Shown: positions 53,053-63,114, counted from the first letter of the stretch. The stretch: DNA of 64,000 nt from Pyrinomonadaceae bacterium (GCA_965247235.1 OZ252004.1:4132883-4196882), one strand, 5' to 3'. A program made the numbers and translations. Notes: a model not told the origin generated them from the letters alone.

Positions 53053-55419
53053 ATGAATATCAAACCAGCCCCCAATACGCTTTTGTCGCATTACCGCATC
53101 GTTTCAAAAATCGGCGCGGGCGGGATGGGCGAGGTCTATCTGGCGGAAGATACGCGGCTGCGGCGGCGGGTTGCGCTCAAGGTTTTATACGAAAAAATCG
53201 CCTCCGATGCCGAGAGATTGATGCGTTTCGAGCGCGAGGCACACGCCGCTTCCGCGCTTAATCATCCGAATATTCTGACGATTTACGAATTCGGCGATCA
53301 GGACGGCACACATTTTCTCGCGTCGGAACTGGTCGAAGGCAAAACTCTGCGCGAACTGATGCGCGAAGGCAGAGTCGAACTGTCGGAAGTTTTAAGAATC
53401 GTTATTCAGATCGCTTCGGCATTAAACGCGGCACACGCCGCCGGAATAGTTCACCGCGACATCAAGCCGGAAAACGTCATGATTCGCCGTGACGGTTACG
53501 TCAAGGTTTTGGATTTCGGGCTGGCAAAACTTTCGGAAACATTTGCGGCGAACCAGTATATGACCGAACCCGAAGATGCGACGCAGCTTCACACGCAGGC
53601 GGGAATGGTGATGGGAACGGCGGCGTATATGTCGCCCGAACAGGCTCGCGGACACGCGGTTGATCACCGCAGCGACATTTTCAGTCTCGGAGTGATTTTG
53701 TATGAAATTCTGACGCGACGGCAGCCGTTCGCCGGCGAAACCGTCAATCACACGATTGTTTCGATTCTCGAAAAAGGACCGCCGCCGTTTTCGGCTTATG
53801 AATTTCCAACGCCGCCCGAACTCGAAAAAATCACGTTTCGGATGCTCTCGAAACGTGCCGACGACCGTTATCAAAACGCCGAAGAATTAATCGTCGAACT
53901 GAAATCTCTGCGGAAACGTCTCGAATTCGAAGCCGAACTGGAACGAACATTTTCGCCCGATGCCATCGCCGGCTATCAGACCGAAATTATCCGAACCAAT
54001 GCGGCGGCATACACCGAACCCGCCAATACGATTGCCGTCTTGCCGTTCGTCAATATGAGCCGCAGCGAAGACGGCGATTATTTTTCCGACGGTTTGGCGG
54101 AAGAACTGCTTAATGTTCTCTCAAAAATTGACGGTTTGCGCGTGGCGGCGCGAACGTCGGCATTTTCATTCAAAGGCAAGGCAACGACCATCGCCGAAAT
54201 CGGCAGAGTGTTAAATGTCGCGTCGGTTTTGGAAGGCAGCATTCGGATGGCGGGAAACCGCGTTCGCATCTCGGTTCAATTAATCAAAGTTGCCGACGGT
54301 TATCATCTCTGGTCGGAAACATACGACCGGACGATGGACGATATTTTCGCCGTGCAGGACGACATCGCGCATTCGGTCGTCGTCGAACTGCGCTCCAGGT
54401 TATTCGGCGAAAGTTTCGACACGGATGCCGGCGGACGCGTGATGTCCGATGTTGCGAGAGCCGTCAAAGGTCGCGCCGCCAACCCCGAAGCGCAGCGTTT
54501 AATGATGCTCGGCAGACATTTTCTCGACCGCACGACGCGCGAAGATACGTCCAAAGCTATCGGTTATTTTCGTCAGGCACTCGAACTGGACGAAGGTTAC
54601 GCGCTCGGCTGGGCGGAACTCGGACGCGCTTTTTCAATCGAAGCCGGCAGAGCCTGGGTTCCGGTCGAAGAAGGTTTCAACCGTTCACGCGAAGCGGCAA
54701 ACCGCGCATTGTCGCTCGAACCGAATCTGGCGGAAGCTCACGCGCAGCTCGGCAGAATCCAGATCGCGCACGATTGGGATTTCCGCGCCGCCGAATCTTC
54801 ATATCAGAAGGCTTTGAATTTCGCGCCGGGAAGTTCTTCGGTGCTGGACGGCGCGGCGGTTTTGGCTTATAAATTGGGAAGATTCGAGGAAGCATTAAGT
54901 CTGAGTCGCCGCGTTTTGGCGCAAGACCCTCTGAGCGGAGCGTTTTGGCATAATTTCGGCTTGACGTGCCACGCGGCGGACAATCTGGCGGAATCAGAAC
55001 AGGCGTTTTTGAGAGCGTTGGAACTCGTTCCGCAAAGATTCGTTTCCCGCGCCTTGCTTGCGCTCGTGCTTTTTGATGACGGACACGCCGCCGACGCGCT
55101 CAAGCAGGCAAAACGCGAACCCGACGAATTTTGGCGGCTCTGGGCGCAGGCGATTCTCTATTTTCAAACCGGGCAAAATGCTGAATCAGACGACGCGTTG
55201 AAAATCTTGATCGGCGAATACACCGGCGGCAATGCTTATCAAATCGCCGAAGTTTACGCGATGCGCGGCGCGGCTGACGAAGCATTTAAATGGCTCGAAC
55301 ACGCTTTCGACGAACACGATTCCGGCATCACTCACGCCAAAGTCAACCCGCGTTTTCGTCCGCTGTATCAGGATTCGCGCTGGGATATTTTAATGGGAAA
55401 AATCGGATTCGACCTTTGA
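53053..55419 (+). CDS. Hanks-type Ser/Thr protein kinase with TolB-N-like middle domain and C-terminal TPR repeats
   Basis: HRDIKPENVMI, DFGLAK, GTAAYMSPEQ. IAVLPFVNMS..DGLAEELLNVLSKIDGLRV module. TPR-like C-terminus. Confidence 0.85.
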   Translation: MNIKPAPNTLLSHYRIVSKIGAGGMGEVYLAEDTRLRRRVALKVLYEKIASDAERLMRFEREAHAASALNHPNILTIYEFGDQDGTHFLASELVEGKTLRELMREGRVELSEVLRIVIQIASALNAAHAAGIVHRDIKPENVMIRRDGYVKVLDFGLAKLSETFAANQYMTEPEDATQLHTQAGMVMGTAAYMSPEQARGHAVDHRSDIFSLGVILYEILTRRQPFAGETVNHTIVSILEKGPPPFSAYEFPTPPELEKITFRMLSKRADDRYQNAEELIVELKSLRKRLEFEAELERTFSPDAIAGYQTEIIRTNAAAYTEPANTIAVLPFVNMSRSEDGDYFSDGLAEELLNVLSKIDGLRVAARTSAFSFKGKATTIAEIGRVLNVASVLEGSIRMAGNRVRISVQLIKVADGYHLWSETYDRTMDDIFAVQDDIAHSVVVELRSRLFGESFDTDAGGRVMSDVARAVKGRAANPEAQRLMMLGRHFLDRTTREDTSKAIGYFRQALELDEGYALGWAELGRAFSIEAGRAWVPVEEGFNRSREAANRALSLEPNLAEAHAQLGRIQIAHDWDFRAAESSYQKALNFAPGSSSVLDGAAVLAYKLGRFEEALSLSRRVLAQDPLSGAFWHNFGLTCHAADNLAESEQAFLRALELVPQRFVSRALLALVLFDDGHAADALKQAKREPDEFWRLWAQAILYFQTGQNAESDDALKILIGEYTGGNAYQIAEVYAMRGAADEAFKWLEHAFDEHDSGITHAKVNPRFRPLYQDSRWDILMGKIGFDL

Positions 55420-55437
55420 GAATTACCTGTTGACAAT

Positions 55438-55468
55438 GAAAACGCCTGCGATCAGCAGGCGTTTTTTG
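55438..55468. terminator. Bidirectional rho-independent terminator
   Basis: aaaacgcctgcgatcagcaggcgttttttg. Confidence 0.7.
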
Positions 55469-55476
55469 ATTAAAAG

Positions 55477-55650
55477 TTATTTGGTGTTCGGCTCTTGAAA
55501 TTCATCGTCCGAAGGGTCTTGTTTGGTGTTCGGTTCCTGCATATTTTTGGTATTCGGTTCCTGCATATTTTTGGTATTCGGTTCCTGCATATTTTTGGTA
55601 TTCGGTTCCTGATCGTCCAGGGTGTTGGGTTCTTGGTCGGGTAGCATCAT
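55477..55650 (-). CDS. Small acidic repeat protein (57 aa, four tandem QEPNTKNM octapeptides)
   Basis: Strong RBS aaaaaaaaggagaaaaaca before ATGATG. 24-nt DNA repeat ggaaccgaataccaaaaatatgca x3-4. The overlapping ORF-track call 55502..55717 is a different frame with no RBS. Confidence 0.5.
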   Translation of the reverse strand: MMLPDQEPNTLDDQEPNTKNMQEPNTKNMQEPNTKNMQEPNTKQDPSDDEFQEPNTK

Positions 55651-55815
55651 TGTTTTTCTCCTTTTTTTTAATGTTAAGTGTTAGTTTATCGAAATAAAAT
55701 TTAACATCGGGAAACATCGGATTTCGTTTCGATAAAGTCTTTTAGACCTCATATCTTAATCCGCAAATTCCGGCTTGTCAATGAAATTTTAAGGTATCGG
55801 CTGATCGGATAATAT

Positions 55816-56943
55816 TCATTCTTTATTATCACTGCCGAAAACGATCAGTTGGCGCGAAGCCTGCACGTCAATATCGGGGCGTTTGGAAGAAACTTCGATC
55901 TGACGGATTTCGCTGTGCAGAATATCTTTGAGCGGACGTTTCGGTGAATAGGTAACGACATATTGCGAGTTGATGCCGTGAGCAATTAAAGTTGATTTTT
56001 CGATTATTTCTTTAATCGAATCGGGCAGAACGAATTCGCCGCCGGTCAAGTCCGACAGCAGCGACAACTGATTCTGCGCGGCGGCGAGTGATTTTAAGTG
56101 CGCGTTTTTTTCTTTCAAATACGGGTAATCAACCATCACCGAAATCAGTCGCGGCGAAAAAGCCTTCAATCGGGCGGCTTCGGGCGGCAATCCCGGAAAC
56201 ATCGCGCCGGAGATGAGCAGTTCGACATCTTCGGGCAGACGCTTCGGGTGATATTCGCCTTTGCGCCAAATTCGGGCTTGCGGTTTGACGGCGGCAAATT
56301 CGATTTGCGAATAGCTGACGACGTGAACGACGATGCCGCTCGTCAAAAGTTTTTTGACCGCCGCGCTTCGCGCCTCTTTCCCGTCAACGCCGTCGAGTCC
56401 GTCGGTAATCAAAATCAGGTGACGATTGCGCGTCGGCGATTTTTGCAGAAAGCCGTCTGCCGCCTCGAGCGCGGCGGTGAACGAATTTCTCCTGCCGAAA
56501 TTGGTCTTGTTTTCGAGCGTTTTGAGCAGTTCGGTTTTATCGGTCTGCCAATCCGAAATAATCTCCACCTGATCGTGAAACTGCATCAGCGCGATATTGC
56601 TGCCGGTTTGCAGCGAATTGACCAGATTTTCGGCAACCCGGCGCGTCGTCGTGATATTTTTAACCTGTCTGGTCGCGCCGCCCGTGTCCATCGCAATTAA
56701 AACGCTCGGCGCGATCAGCCGCACACTATTCGCCTGATGCAGCCGCCCGTCCTCGACGATTACCAAATCTTCCTTCTGTAAATCAGTCGCAAAATTGCCG
56801 TCGCGGTCAAAAGCCGCCACATTTAATTGAATCTCTTCGGTCAAAACCTTTTCCGCGTCCTCTGTTTTCAACGGTGTCTGCGCGAAACAAACGATTAAAT
56901 TTAACGAGAAAACAAAGATTAGTGAGAGAAATATTTTTGTCAT
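55816..56943 (-). CDS. Secreted VWA-domain protein (Acidobacteria-type VWFA-related)
   Basis: Signal peptide. VIAMDTGGATRQ..LILITDGLDGVDG VWA-like segment. Confidence 0.55.
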   Translation of the reverse strand: MTKIFLSLIFVFSLNLIVCFAQTPLKTEDAEKVLTEEIQLNVAAFDRDGNFATDLQKEDLVIVEDGRLHQANSVRLIAPSVLIAMDTGGATRQVKNITTTRRVAENLVNSLQTGSNIALMQFHDQVEIISDWQTDKTELLKTLENKTNFGRRNSFTAALEAADGFLQKSPTRNRHLILITDGLDGVDGKEARSAAVKKLLTSGIVVHVVSYSQIEFAAVKPQARIWRKGEYHPKRLPEDVELLISGAMFPGLPPEAARLKAFSPRLISVMVDYPYLKEKNAHLKSLAAAQNQLSLLSDLTGGEFVLPDSIKEIIEKSTLIAHGINSQYVVTYSPKRPLKDILHSEIRQIEVSSKRPDIDVQASRQLIVFGSDNKE

Positions 56944-57173
56944 AATAATTTTTTGAGAGCCGTCGTTTTATCCTATGACACACGAACCCGCCGAAAAGAT
57001 GCTTTGTCGTCTAAAATCTAATGAAAAACGCAAACAGCTTTGACTAATTTATGCAGAGCAAAAACTTCTATGTTGAGTATAAATTCAGGTTCAGACTATA
57101 AAGTCTGTTCTCGCGCTGCTCATACGGACTTAAAGCAAACAAGATTTTTGCGCTCCGGTCGGGTTCATTTGAA

Positions 57174-58727
57174 TTATTGCGCTTCTTTGCCGTCGGGATA
57201 AATAAATGTGTGAAAACAGGCGTTGTCGCTGCCTTCGCGGAGGGAATCGAGTTTGTGGTCGCGTTCCCAGGTCGAGAGCAGAATCATCATAAAATTCTGC
57301 TCTTCGGCGGAAAGATTTTTGCGCGACATATCGAAGGCGCAGCCGGACGTATGCGGCGGCAGCGAGCCTTTGCCGCTGACTTTGAATGAATTGGCGTTGG
57401 TTTTGTTGAGGGAAATTTGATAATCCATCGAGCGCGTGAGGCTCGTCACCCGCAGCGGAACGTGAAATTTTTGATAATAAGCGTTGCACAGTTCTTCAAA
57501 AACCTTGCGCGAATTGGCGTTATACATTCGCAGCAGGCGCATCCGCATTTGTTTGCGGTCTTTCGGATTATTCAAATCATATTTCTGCCCGTCAAAATCA
57601 TTTGCCAGACGCTGCAAAGTTTTATATTTGTCCGAACCCGTTGCAATCGGCTGAACGCCCGCGTCCCAATCGAACGAAGTAAATTCGCCTTCGCCCGCGC
57701 TGCCGCCGACATCGAGAACAAAACTGTTGGTCGCCATCGGCATCTCGACCAGAATATGATCGAGCCGCAACTGCGCGAGATCGGCGAAATCCATCGGCTG
57801 TTTATATTTGCCTTCGCGGATTAATTCGGCGAGCTTGGCTTTTTGTTTCGGCACGCCGCCGCCGAAAAGTTCCTGCGGCAAGGTAATCAAACCGGCACGT
57901 TCCGCGCCCGCCGCGCCCGCGTGGTTGAGCGCGAGGTCACGCTGTTTCTGCCAGAATTCGATGGGAACTTTCAGGTCGGAAGTGCCTTTTTCTTCGGTCG
58001 TTTTAATCTCTTCGATGTCCGAAGCGTTGAGTTCTTTTTCCTCGACTTCCCACGAAGACATCAGATCATCCAGATCGTTCTCATCTTCACCGCCAAGCGG
58101 ATCAATGACGCGCACGGGAATGACCGCCTGCGCCGAAATCTGTTGAATAGGTTTATCACCGGCAATCAAACCGCCGTTGTCGTGCGTTCTGACGACGAAA
58201 AAAACAACCGCGCCGAGAACAATAAACAACAGCGTAAAAGCCGCTGAACCGACGAGCAAAAGTTTATTGGTGCTGAAACTTGAATCTGCCGAATCTGGAT
58301 TTTGGATTTTGGATTTTGGATTTTGGACTTTGCCTGCGCGAATGTCGTAAACACCTGATTCAGTTGTGTTGACTGTTTTGGGCGGAACTTGATAATCGGT
58401 TGTTTCAGTCTTTTGCGCGGTTTGTTTCGCGCCTTCAAATTCGACACGAATGATTGTTTCGCTGCCGATCTTCAAAGAATCACCGTCTTTCAAAACCTGC
58501 GGACGACCGGCGATTTTTGCGCCGTTGAGAAATGTTCCGTTCGTCGAATTTTCGTCAACGACCAAAACATCTTCGCCGTCGCGGAAAAACGTCGTATTTT
58601 TGCGCGAAAGCCCGACATCCTGTAAAACCAGTCCAGACGGCGCAGTCCGCCCGACGGTCATCTCATCTTCGAGCGTAACCGTTCGATTCTCCTGCGAATT
58701 ACTGATTGAAAGCGTAACTTTCTTCAT
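57174..58727 (-). CDS. FHA-domain / TM / C-terminal M15-like (VanY-type) peptidase-domain protein
   Basis: N-terminal FHA (TVGRTA..., ..TNGTFLNGAKI..). TM helix LLLVGSAAFTLLFIVLGAVVFFVV. C-terminal HxxGxAxD (PPHTSGCAFD) and ExxH (WERDH) motifs. Confidence 0.65.
   Translation of the reverse strand: MKKVTLSISNSQENRTVTLEDEMTVGRTAPSGLVLQDVGLSRKNTTFFRDGEDVLVVDENSTNGTFLNGAKIAGRPQVLKDGDSLKIGSETIIRVEFEGAKQTAQKTETTDYQVPPKTVNTTESGVYDIRAGKVQNPKSKIQNPDSADSSFSTNKLLLVGSAAFTLLFIVLGAVVFFVVRTHDNGGLIAGDKPIQQISAQAVIPVRVIDPLGGEDENDLDDLMSSWEVEEKELNASDIEEIKTTEEKGTSDLKVPIEFWQKQRDLALNHAGAAGAERAGLITLPQELFGGGVPKQKAKLAELIREGKYKQPMDFADLAQLRLDHILVEMPMATNSFVLDVGGSAGEGEFTSFDWDAGVQPIATGSDKYKTLQRLANDFDGQKYDLNNPKDRKQMRMRLLRMYNANSRKVFEELCNAYYQKFHVPLRVTSLTRSMDYQISLNKTNANSFKVSGKGSLPPHTSGCAFDMSRKNLSAEEQNFMMILLSTWERDHKLDSLREGSDNACFHTFIYPDGKEAQ
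58297..58331. repeat. Heptanucleotide tandem repeat (GGATTTT)x4 plus 1 imperfect unit inside the FHA-peptidase CDS
   Basis: ggattttggattttggattttggattttggacttt, encoding KIQNPKSKIQNP on the minus strand. Confidence 0.7.
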
Positions 58728-58785
58728 TAAAATTTGTCAGAACCGCCTGCGTCAGCGGGCGGATAAAACTCTAGTGACACAAAAT

Positions 58786-58960
58786 AATTTCCCGCCAAGG
58801 CGCAAAGCCGCAAAATAAAGCAAACGGCGCAGGGAACAAAGAAATAGGACGCGAATGAACACGGATTAGGCTGATTTTCGCCGATTTTTAAAGAATTATA
58901 ACAGCGGCAATCCGCTCGATCCGCGTTCGTCCGCGTCCCATTTCTTACTTCTCACTAAAG
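58786..58960. mobile_element. MITE-like element copy 2 (shorter, more diverged TIRs)
   Basis: cccgccaaggcgcaaag...aaataggacgcgaatgaacacggattaggctgattttcgccgatt ... aatccgctcgatccgcgttcgtccgcgtcccatttcttac. Confidence 0.6.
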
Positions 58961-58996
58961 AAATCTTCCCACTCACCGTTTACCGTTCACCACTAA

Positions 58997-59224
58997 TCAA
59001 TGGTGATGATCGCCTTCGGAAACTTCGCGCAATTTGGAAATGTCCAAAATCTTTGAAAAATCGTCGAAATGAAACATCGAATCGTCTTTGCAGTGATCGC
59101 AAAAAAACGTCACGTCTTCGCCGAGATACATATCCTTCAAATAATACGAGATAAAACAGCCGTAACAGCGTTGGACGCGCCTGCCGAATTCTTTGATAAC
59201 TTCTTCCGATTGAATATTTTCCAT
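58997..59224 (-). CDS. Small zinc-ribbon-like protein (two CxxC pairs)
   Basis: CYGCF...CDHCK. 75-79 aa depending on start. Confidence 0.4.
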   Translation of the reverse strand: MENIQSEEVIKEFGRRVQRCYGCFISYYLKDMYLGEDVTFFCDHCKDDSMFHFDDFSKILDISKLREVSEGDHHH

Positions 59225-59417
59225 TGTTCCGGTCAATCACGGGCGCGTTGATCGGCAATGTGATTTCCGATTATTTTAACCGACTTCGGGTTGCCGTGAA
59301 ACCTGAAATTTGAATTTCAAATAAAACTTTTCAAAAAATTCCGTTTCGTGAAAAAATAACGCTTGCGTCTGACGCTGCGTGATAGTTTAAATTAGATTTC
59401 GAGTGAGGAAATAGCTG

Positions 59418-60173
59418 ATGTTTTCGACTGAAAAATTATGGCAGACGAAAGAATTTGCCGAACTTTCAAAAGTGACCGTGCGGACGCTGCATTATTACGA
59501 CCGTTTCGGTCTGCTCAAACCGCACGCGCTCGACCGCCACGGTTTTCGGCTTTACGGCGAAAGGGAATTCGCGCGTTTGCAGCAAATTTCAACCTTAAAA
59601 TTCATCGGTTTTTCGCTCGCTCAAATTAAGGAAATCTTAGGCGGACGCGAATTCGATTTAGCCGAAACTTTGCAGCTTCAGCGAAGAATCATCGAAGCTC
59701 AAAGAATCAAATTAAATCTCGCGCTCGAAGCGATTTCCCGCGCCGAAAAACAGTTTGAAACCGGCGGCGCGACCGATTGGGAATCTTTTACAAAAATAAT
59801 CGAGGTGATAAATATGGAACAAAATACGGAATGGACAAAAAAATATTATTCGGAAGAAGCGCAGGCGAAAGTCGAAGACCGCAAAAATCTGTGGTCGCCC
59901 GAATTGCAGGAAAAAGTCACAAAAGACTGGAGCGAACTCGTCGCCGACATCGAAGCGGCAATCGCCGACGGCACAAAACCTTCGGACACACGGGCGCAAA
60001 GTCTCGCTAATCGCTGGCGCGGATTGCTCAACCAATTCACCGGCGGCGACAACCAAATTCAGGAAGGCTTAAACAAAATGTATTCTGACGAAAAAAATTG
60101 GCAGACCGATTGGAAAAAACCTTTCAGCGACGAGGTTCAAAACTTTATTTTTGAAGCGGTGAGCAAGAAATAA
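59418..60173 (+). CDS. MerR-family regulator with TipAS-like C-terminal domain
   Basis: N-terminal MerR HTH (ELSKVTVRTLHYYDRFGLLKP), then long coiled-coil/TipAS-like region. Confidence 0.75.
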   Translation: MFSTEKLWQTKEFAELSKVTVRTLHYYDRFGLLKPHALDRHGFRLYGEREFARLQQISTLKFIGFSLAQIKEILGGREFDLAETLQLQRRIIEAQRIKLNLALEAISRAEKQFETGGATDWESFTKIIEVINMEQNTEWTKKYYSEEAQAKVEDRKNLWSPELQEKVTKDWSELVADIEAAIADGTKPSDTRAQSLANRWRGLLNQFTGGDNQIQEGLNKMYSDEKNWQTDWKKPFSDEVQNFIFEAVSKK

Positions 60174-60253
60174 TTTAACCGCATAGGGACATAGAAATCA
60201 TATATTTTGATTGTTCAATTCTATGTTTTCTATGTCTCTATGTGGTTAAAAGA

Positions 60254-62599
60254 TTAATATTTCATCAATTCTGCCGCCGCTTTTTCGACATCTTCGATTT
60301 GCGGGAGGATGAAATCTTCGACCTGCGGCGCGTAGGCGACGAAGGTGTCGGTTGCGCCGACTCGTTTGACAGGCGCGTCGAGATATTCAAAAAGTTCGTC
60401 GGAAATGCGGGCGGCGAGTTCCGCGCCGTAGCCGTAGGAAATCGGGTCTTCGTGCGCGACGATGACGCGGTTGGTCTTTTTGACAGATTCGGCGACGCGC
60501 TCCCAATCGTAAGGGACGAGCGTTCGTAGATCAATTAATTCGACGGAAATGCCTTGTTTTTCGAGGCGTTTCGCGGCTTCAAAACTTCTTTGAACCAATG
60601 CGCCATAAGTGACGATTGTTACGTCCGTGCCTTCACGGACGACTTTCGCTTTGCCGAACGGGATTAAAAATTCGCTCGACGGATATTGTGATTTGTTGTA
60701 GACCTGACGATAAAGATGTTTGTGTTCGAGGAACAAAACCGGATCGTCGCAGCGAATCGCGGTTCTAAGAAGTCCGTTCGCATCGAGCGCGTTAGACGGA
60801 TAAACGATCATCAATCCGGGCGTGTGCGCGAACAAAGTCGTGCCGCTTTGCGAGTGATAAACCGCGCCGCCTTTCAAATAGCCGCCGACCGGAACGCGAA
60901 TGACCATCGGGCATTTCGTGTCGCCGTCACTCCTCCAACGAGTAACCGCGACTTCGTTTCTGATTTGGTGAAACGCTGGGAAAATATAATCAAAAAACTG
61001 AATTTCGACGACGGGTTTGATGCCGCGCAAAGACAAACCGACGGCGCGACCGACGATATTTGCTTCCGCCAAAGGCGAATTAAAAACACGCGCCGAACCG
61101 AATTTGCGCTGCAAATTCGCCGTCACTTTGAACACGCCGCCTTTGCCTTTGACGGTTTCGAGATATTCTTCGCGCGAGACATCGGCGACATCTTCGCCAA
61201 AGACGACGATGCGTTCATCACGCTCCATTTCTTCGTGCATACAGCGGTTGATGAGGTCAACCATCGTTCCCGCGTTGCCGGAAAGTTCCGCGCCATCTTC
61301 GGTGTCAAAATCTTTCGATGTCGGGTCAACGTCGGGCGAAAAGACGTTTCTGAACGCGCTTTCCGGCGGCGGTTGCGGCGTTACAATCGCAATATCAGCC
61401 GCTTCCGTAACTTCTTTATCAACTTCCTTTCGCAAAATCTCCAAATCTTCCGACGAAATAATTCCCTCGGTCATTATGAATTCGGCGAAGGTTTTAATCG
61501 GATCAATCGCCGCGTCTTTTTCTAATTCTTCGGTTGGACGATACAGCTTTTCGTCGTCCGAAAGCGAGTGCGAATACGGGCGCGTAACTTTCGCGTGAAC
61601 GAACGCCGCGCCTTTGCGCTGACGGCAAAATGCGACGGCGCGAACGAATGTTTCGTAACTTTCAACCGGATTCGTCCCGTCGCATTTTTGAATCAAAAGA
61701 TTCGGAAATCCTGCGACCAATTTTGAAATATCGCCGCCCGCCGTGCCGACTTCGACCGGCGTGGAAATCGCGTAGCCGTTATCTTCGACGACGAAAATCA
61801 CCGGCAATTTCATATTGCAAGCCGAATTCAAGGCTTCCCACCATTCGCCTTCGCTCGTCGTGCCGTCGCCGACCGACATATAAACGACTTCATCGCCTTT
61901 GAATCCGCTAATTTTGTCCTGCAAACCTTTCACCAAAGACGCGCGATAACCGGCTTCCGCCGCGCCGACCGCGTGCAGAGCCTGCGAACCCGTACAGCTC
62001 GACTGCGACGGAACATTTAAATCCTTATGTCCCCAATGCGAAGGCATCTGCCGCCCGTGCGAGTTCGGATCAATTTCCGCGCCGACCGACGAATACAACA
62101 TTTCCTGCGCCGTCATCCCAAGCCCGAGCATCAGCGCACGATCCCGATAATACGGAAAAAACCAATCATACGCGGGCTTCATCGCCTGCGCTGCCGCGAC
62201 CAAAACCGCTTCGTGTCCCGCGCCCGAAATCTGGAAAAATATCTTATTCTGACCTTTAAGCTGAATTTCCTTATCGTCAACGCGCCGCGACATATACATC
62301 GTGCGATACATTTTCACGAGCGTTTCCGCACTCAAACCGCCGTAATTTTTCGCCGAACTGTTGCCGTTCGCGCCCGCAGTTTTTTTCGCTTTAACCGATT
62401 TTTCAGGCTTCACCGATTTCGCCGTTTCAATCACGGTTTCAGTTTCATTAAAGCCGTCGCCGACCATCCGATTCGCCGGTTCGACAATTTCTTTGGCGTT
62501 ATTCTTCGCCGCGCTTTTAACGGTTTCCGCTTTCTTTGCCGGTGCTTTTTTAGCGTTTGCTTTCGCCGCATTTCCGGCTTTTTTGGTTGCTGTTGCCAC
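60254..62599 (-). CDS. 2-oxoacid dehydrogenase E1 component, fused alpha+beta subunits, with Lys/Ala-rich histone-H1-like N-terminal tail
   Basis: TPP motif ([15 protein letters not shown]) in the alpha part. Beta part ([23 protein letters not shown], transketolase-like C-terminus). 781 aa, with the first about 100 aa as AKK/KKA repeats. Confidence 0.8.
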   Translation of the reverse strand: MATATKKAGNAAKANAKKAPAKKAETVKSAAKNNAKEIVEPANRMVGDGFNETETVIETAKSVKPEKSVKAKKTAGANGNSSAKNYGGLSAETLVKMYRTMYMSRRVDDKEIQLKGQNKIFFQISGAGHEAVLVAAAQAMKPAYDWFFPYYRDRALMLGLGMTAQEMLYSSVGAEIDPNSHGRQMPSHWGHKDLNVPSQSSCTGSQALHAVGAAEAGYRASLVKGLQDKISGFKGDEVVYMSVGDGTTSEGEWWEALNSACNMKLPVIFVVEDNGYAISTPVEVGTAGGDISKLVAGFPNLLIQKCDGTNPVESYETFVRAVAFCRQRKGAAFVHAKVTRPYSHSLSDDEKLYRPTEELEKDAAIDPIKTFAEFIMTEGIISSEDLEILRKEVDKEVTEAADIAIVTPQPPPESAFRNVFSPDVDPTSKDFDTEDGAELSGNAGTMVDLINRCMHEEMERDERIVVFGEDVADVSREEYLETVKGKGGVFKVTANLQRKFGSARVFNSPLAEANIVGRAVGLSLRGIKPVVEIQFFDYIFPAFHQIRNEVAVTRWRSDGDTKCPMVIRVPVGGYLKGGAVYHSQSGTTLFAHTPGLMIVYPSNALDANGLLRTAIRCDDPVLFLEHKHLYRQVYNKSQYPSSEFLIPFGKAKVVREGTDVTIVTYGALVQRSFEAAKRLEKQGISVELIDLRTLVPYDWERVAESVKKTNRVIVAHEDPISYGYGAELAARISDELFEYLDAPVKRVGATDTFVAYAPQVEDFILPQIEDVEKAAAELMKY

Positions 62600-62626
62600 T
62601 TTTAAAAATCTCCTGATAAATGCTTC

Positions 62627-62869
62627 TTATAAATTAATTTTTGATAAAAGTTCCTGACGACTAATTTTAAAATGTTCGGCGATGTCGTCTAAAATCGCGG
62701 CAAAAGTGCCGATTTTCAGAGGATTATGATTTGGAATCGTGACGTGATGCGTTCCGTTTTCAGCCGTAGTCAGGCGAATATGGCTTCCCGTTTGCCGTGA
62801 GATTTCATCACCGGGAACGCGCAAAGCCTTGACTAAATCCGCGCCCGAAACATTTCTCTGCAATCTCAT
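62627..62869 (-). CDS. hicA: HicA-like toxin (mRNA interferase) with C-terminal extension
   Basis: ..RQTGSHIRLT....THHVTIPNHNPLKIGTFAAILDDI.. matches the HicA GSH...TVP.H..L..GT...IL pattern. 4-nt overlap with the upstream hicB-like gene. Confidence 0.55.
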   Translation of the reverse strand: MRLQRNVSGADLVKALRVPGDEISRQTGSHIRLTTAENGTHHVTIPNHNPLKIGTFAAILDDIAEHFKISRQELLSKINL

Positions 62870-63075
62870 ACGGCGAAAACTTCTTCCCTGACAAAATGAA
62901 GCCTGATGACTTTCGGTTTCTCGTCCGTTTCAAAATGACAATTCACCGCATCGCGGATATTGGCGCGTAAATCTTCCAAATCGTCGCCTTCCGTAAAAAT
63001 TGATTCGCCCAAAGCACGAGCCGTAAAGCCACCCTCGACTTCGTTTTCCACTAAAAAAATAATCTCGTTCATCAT
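62866..63075 (-). CDS. hicB: HicB-like antitoxin (UPF0150 N-domain only)
   Basis: IIFLVENEVEGGFTARALGESIFTEGDDLEDLRANIRDAV matches the HicB N-domain pattern. Confidence 0.5.
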   Translation of the reverse strand: MMNEIIFLVENEVEGGFTARALGESIFTEGDDLEDLRANIRDAVNCHFETDEKPKVIRLHFVREEVFAV

Positions 63076-63114
63076 AGAAATTTCCGACTCCGGGCAAACA
63101 AACATTTTAATATG

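Noticed and set aside
55502-55717. ORF-track 71-aa minus-strand ORF with GTEYQKYA repeats
   Set aside because: It is in the wrong frame of a 24-nt DNA repeat. The alternative frame (55477..55650) has a strong RBS and ATG start, and this one has neither.
60716-61598. 269-aa and 193-aa plus-strand ORFs antisense to the E1 dehydrogenase gene
   Set aside because: They are antisense frames of a conserved gene, Arg/Ser-rich, with no RBS.
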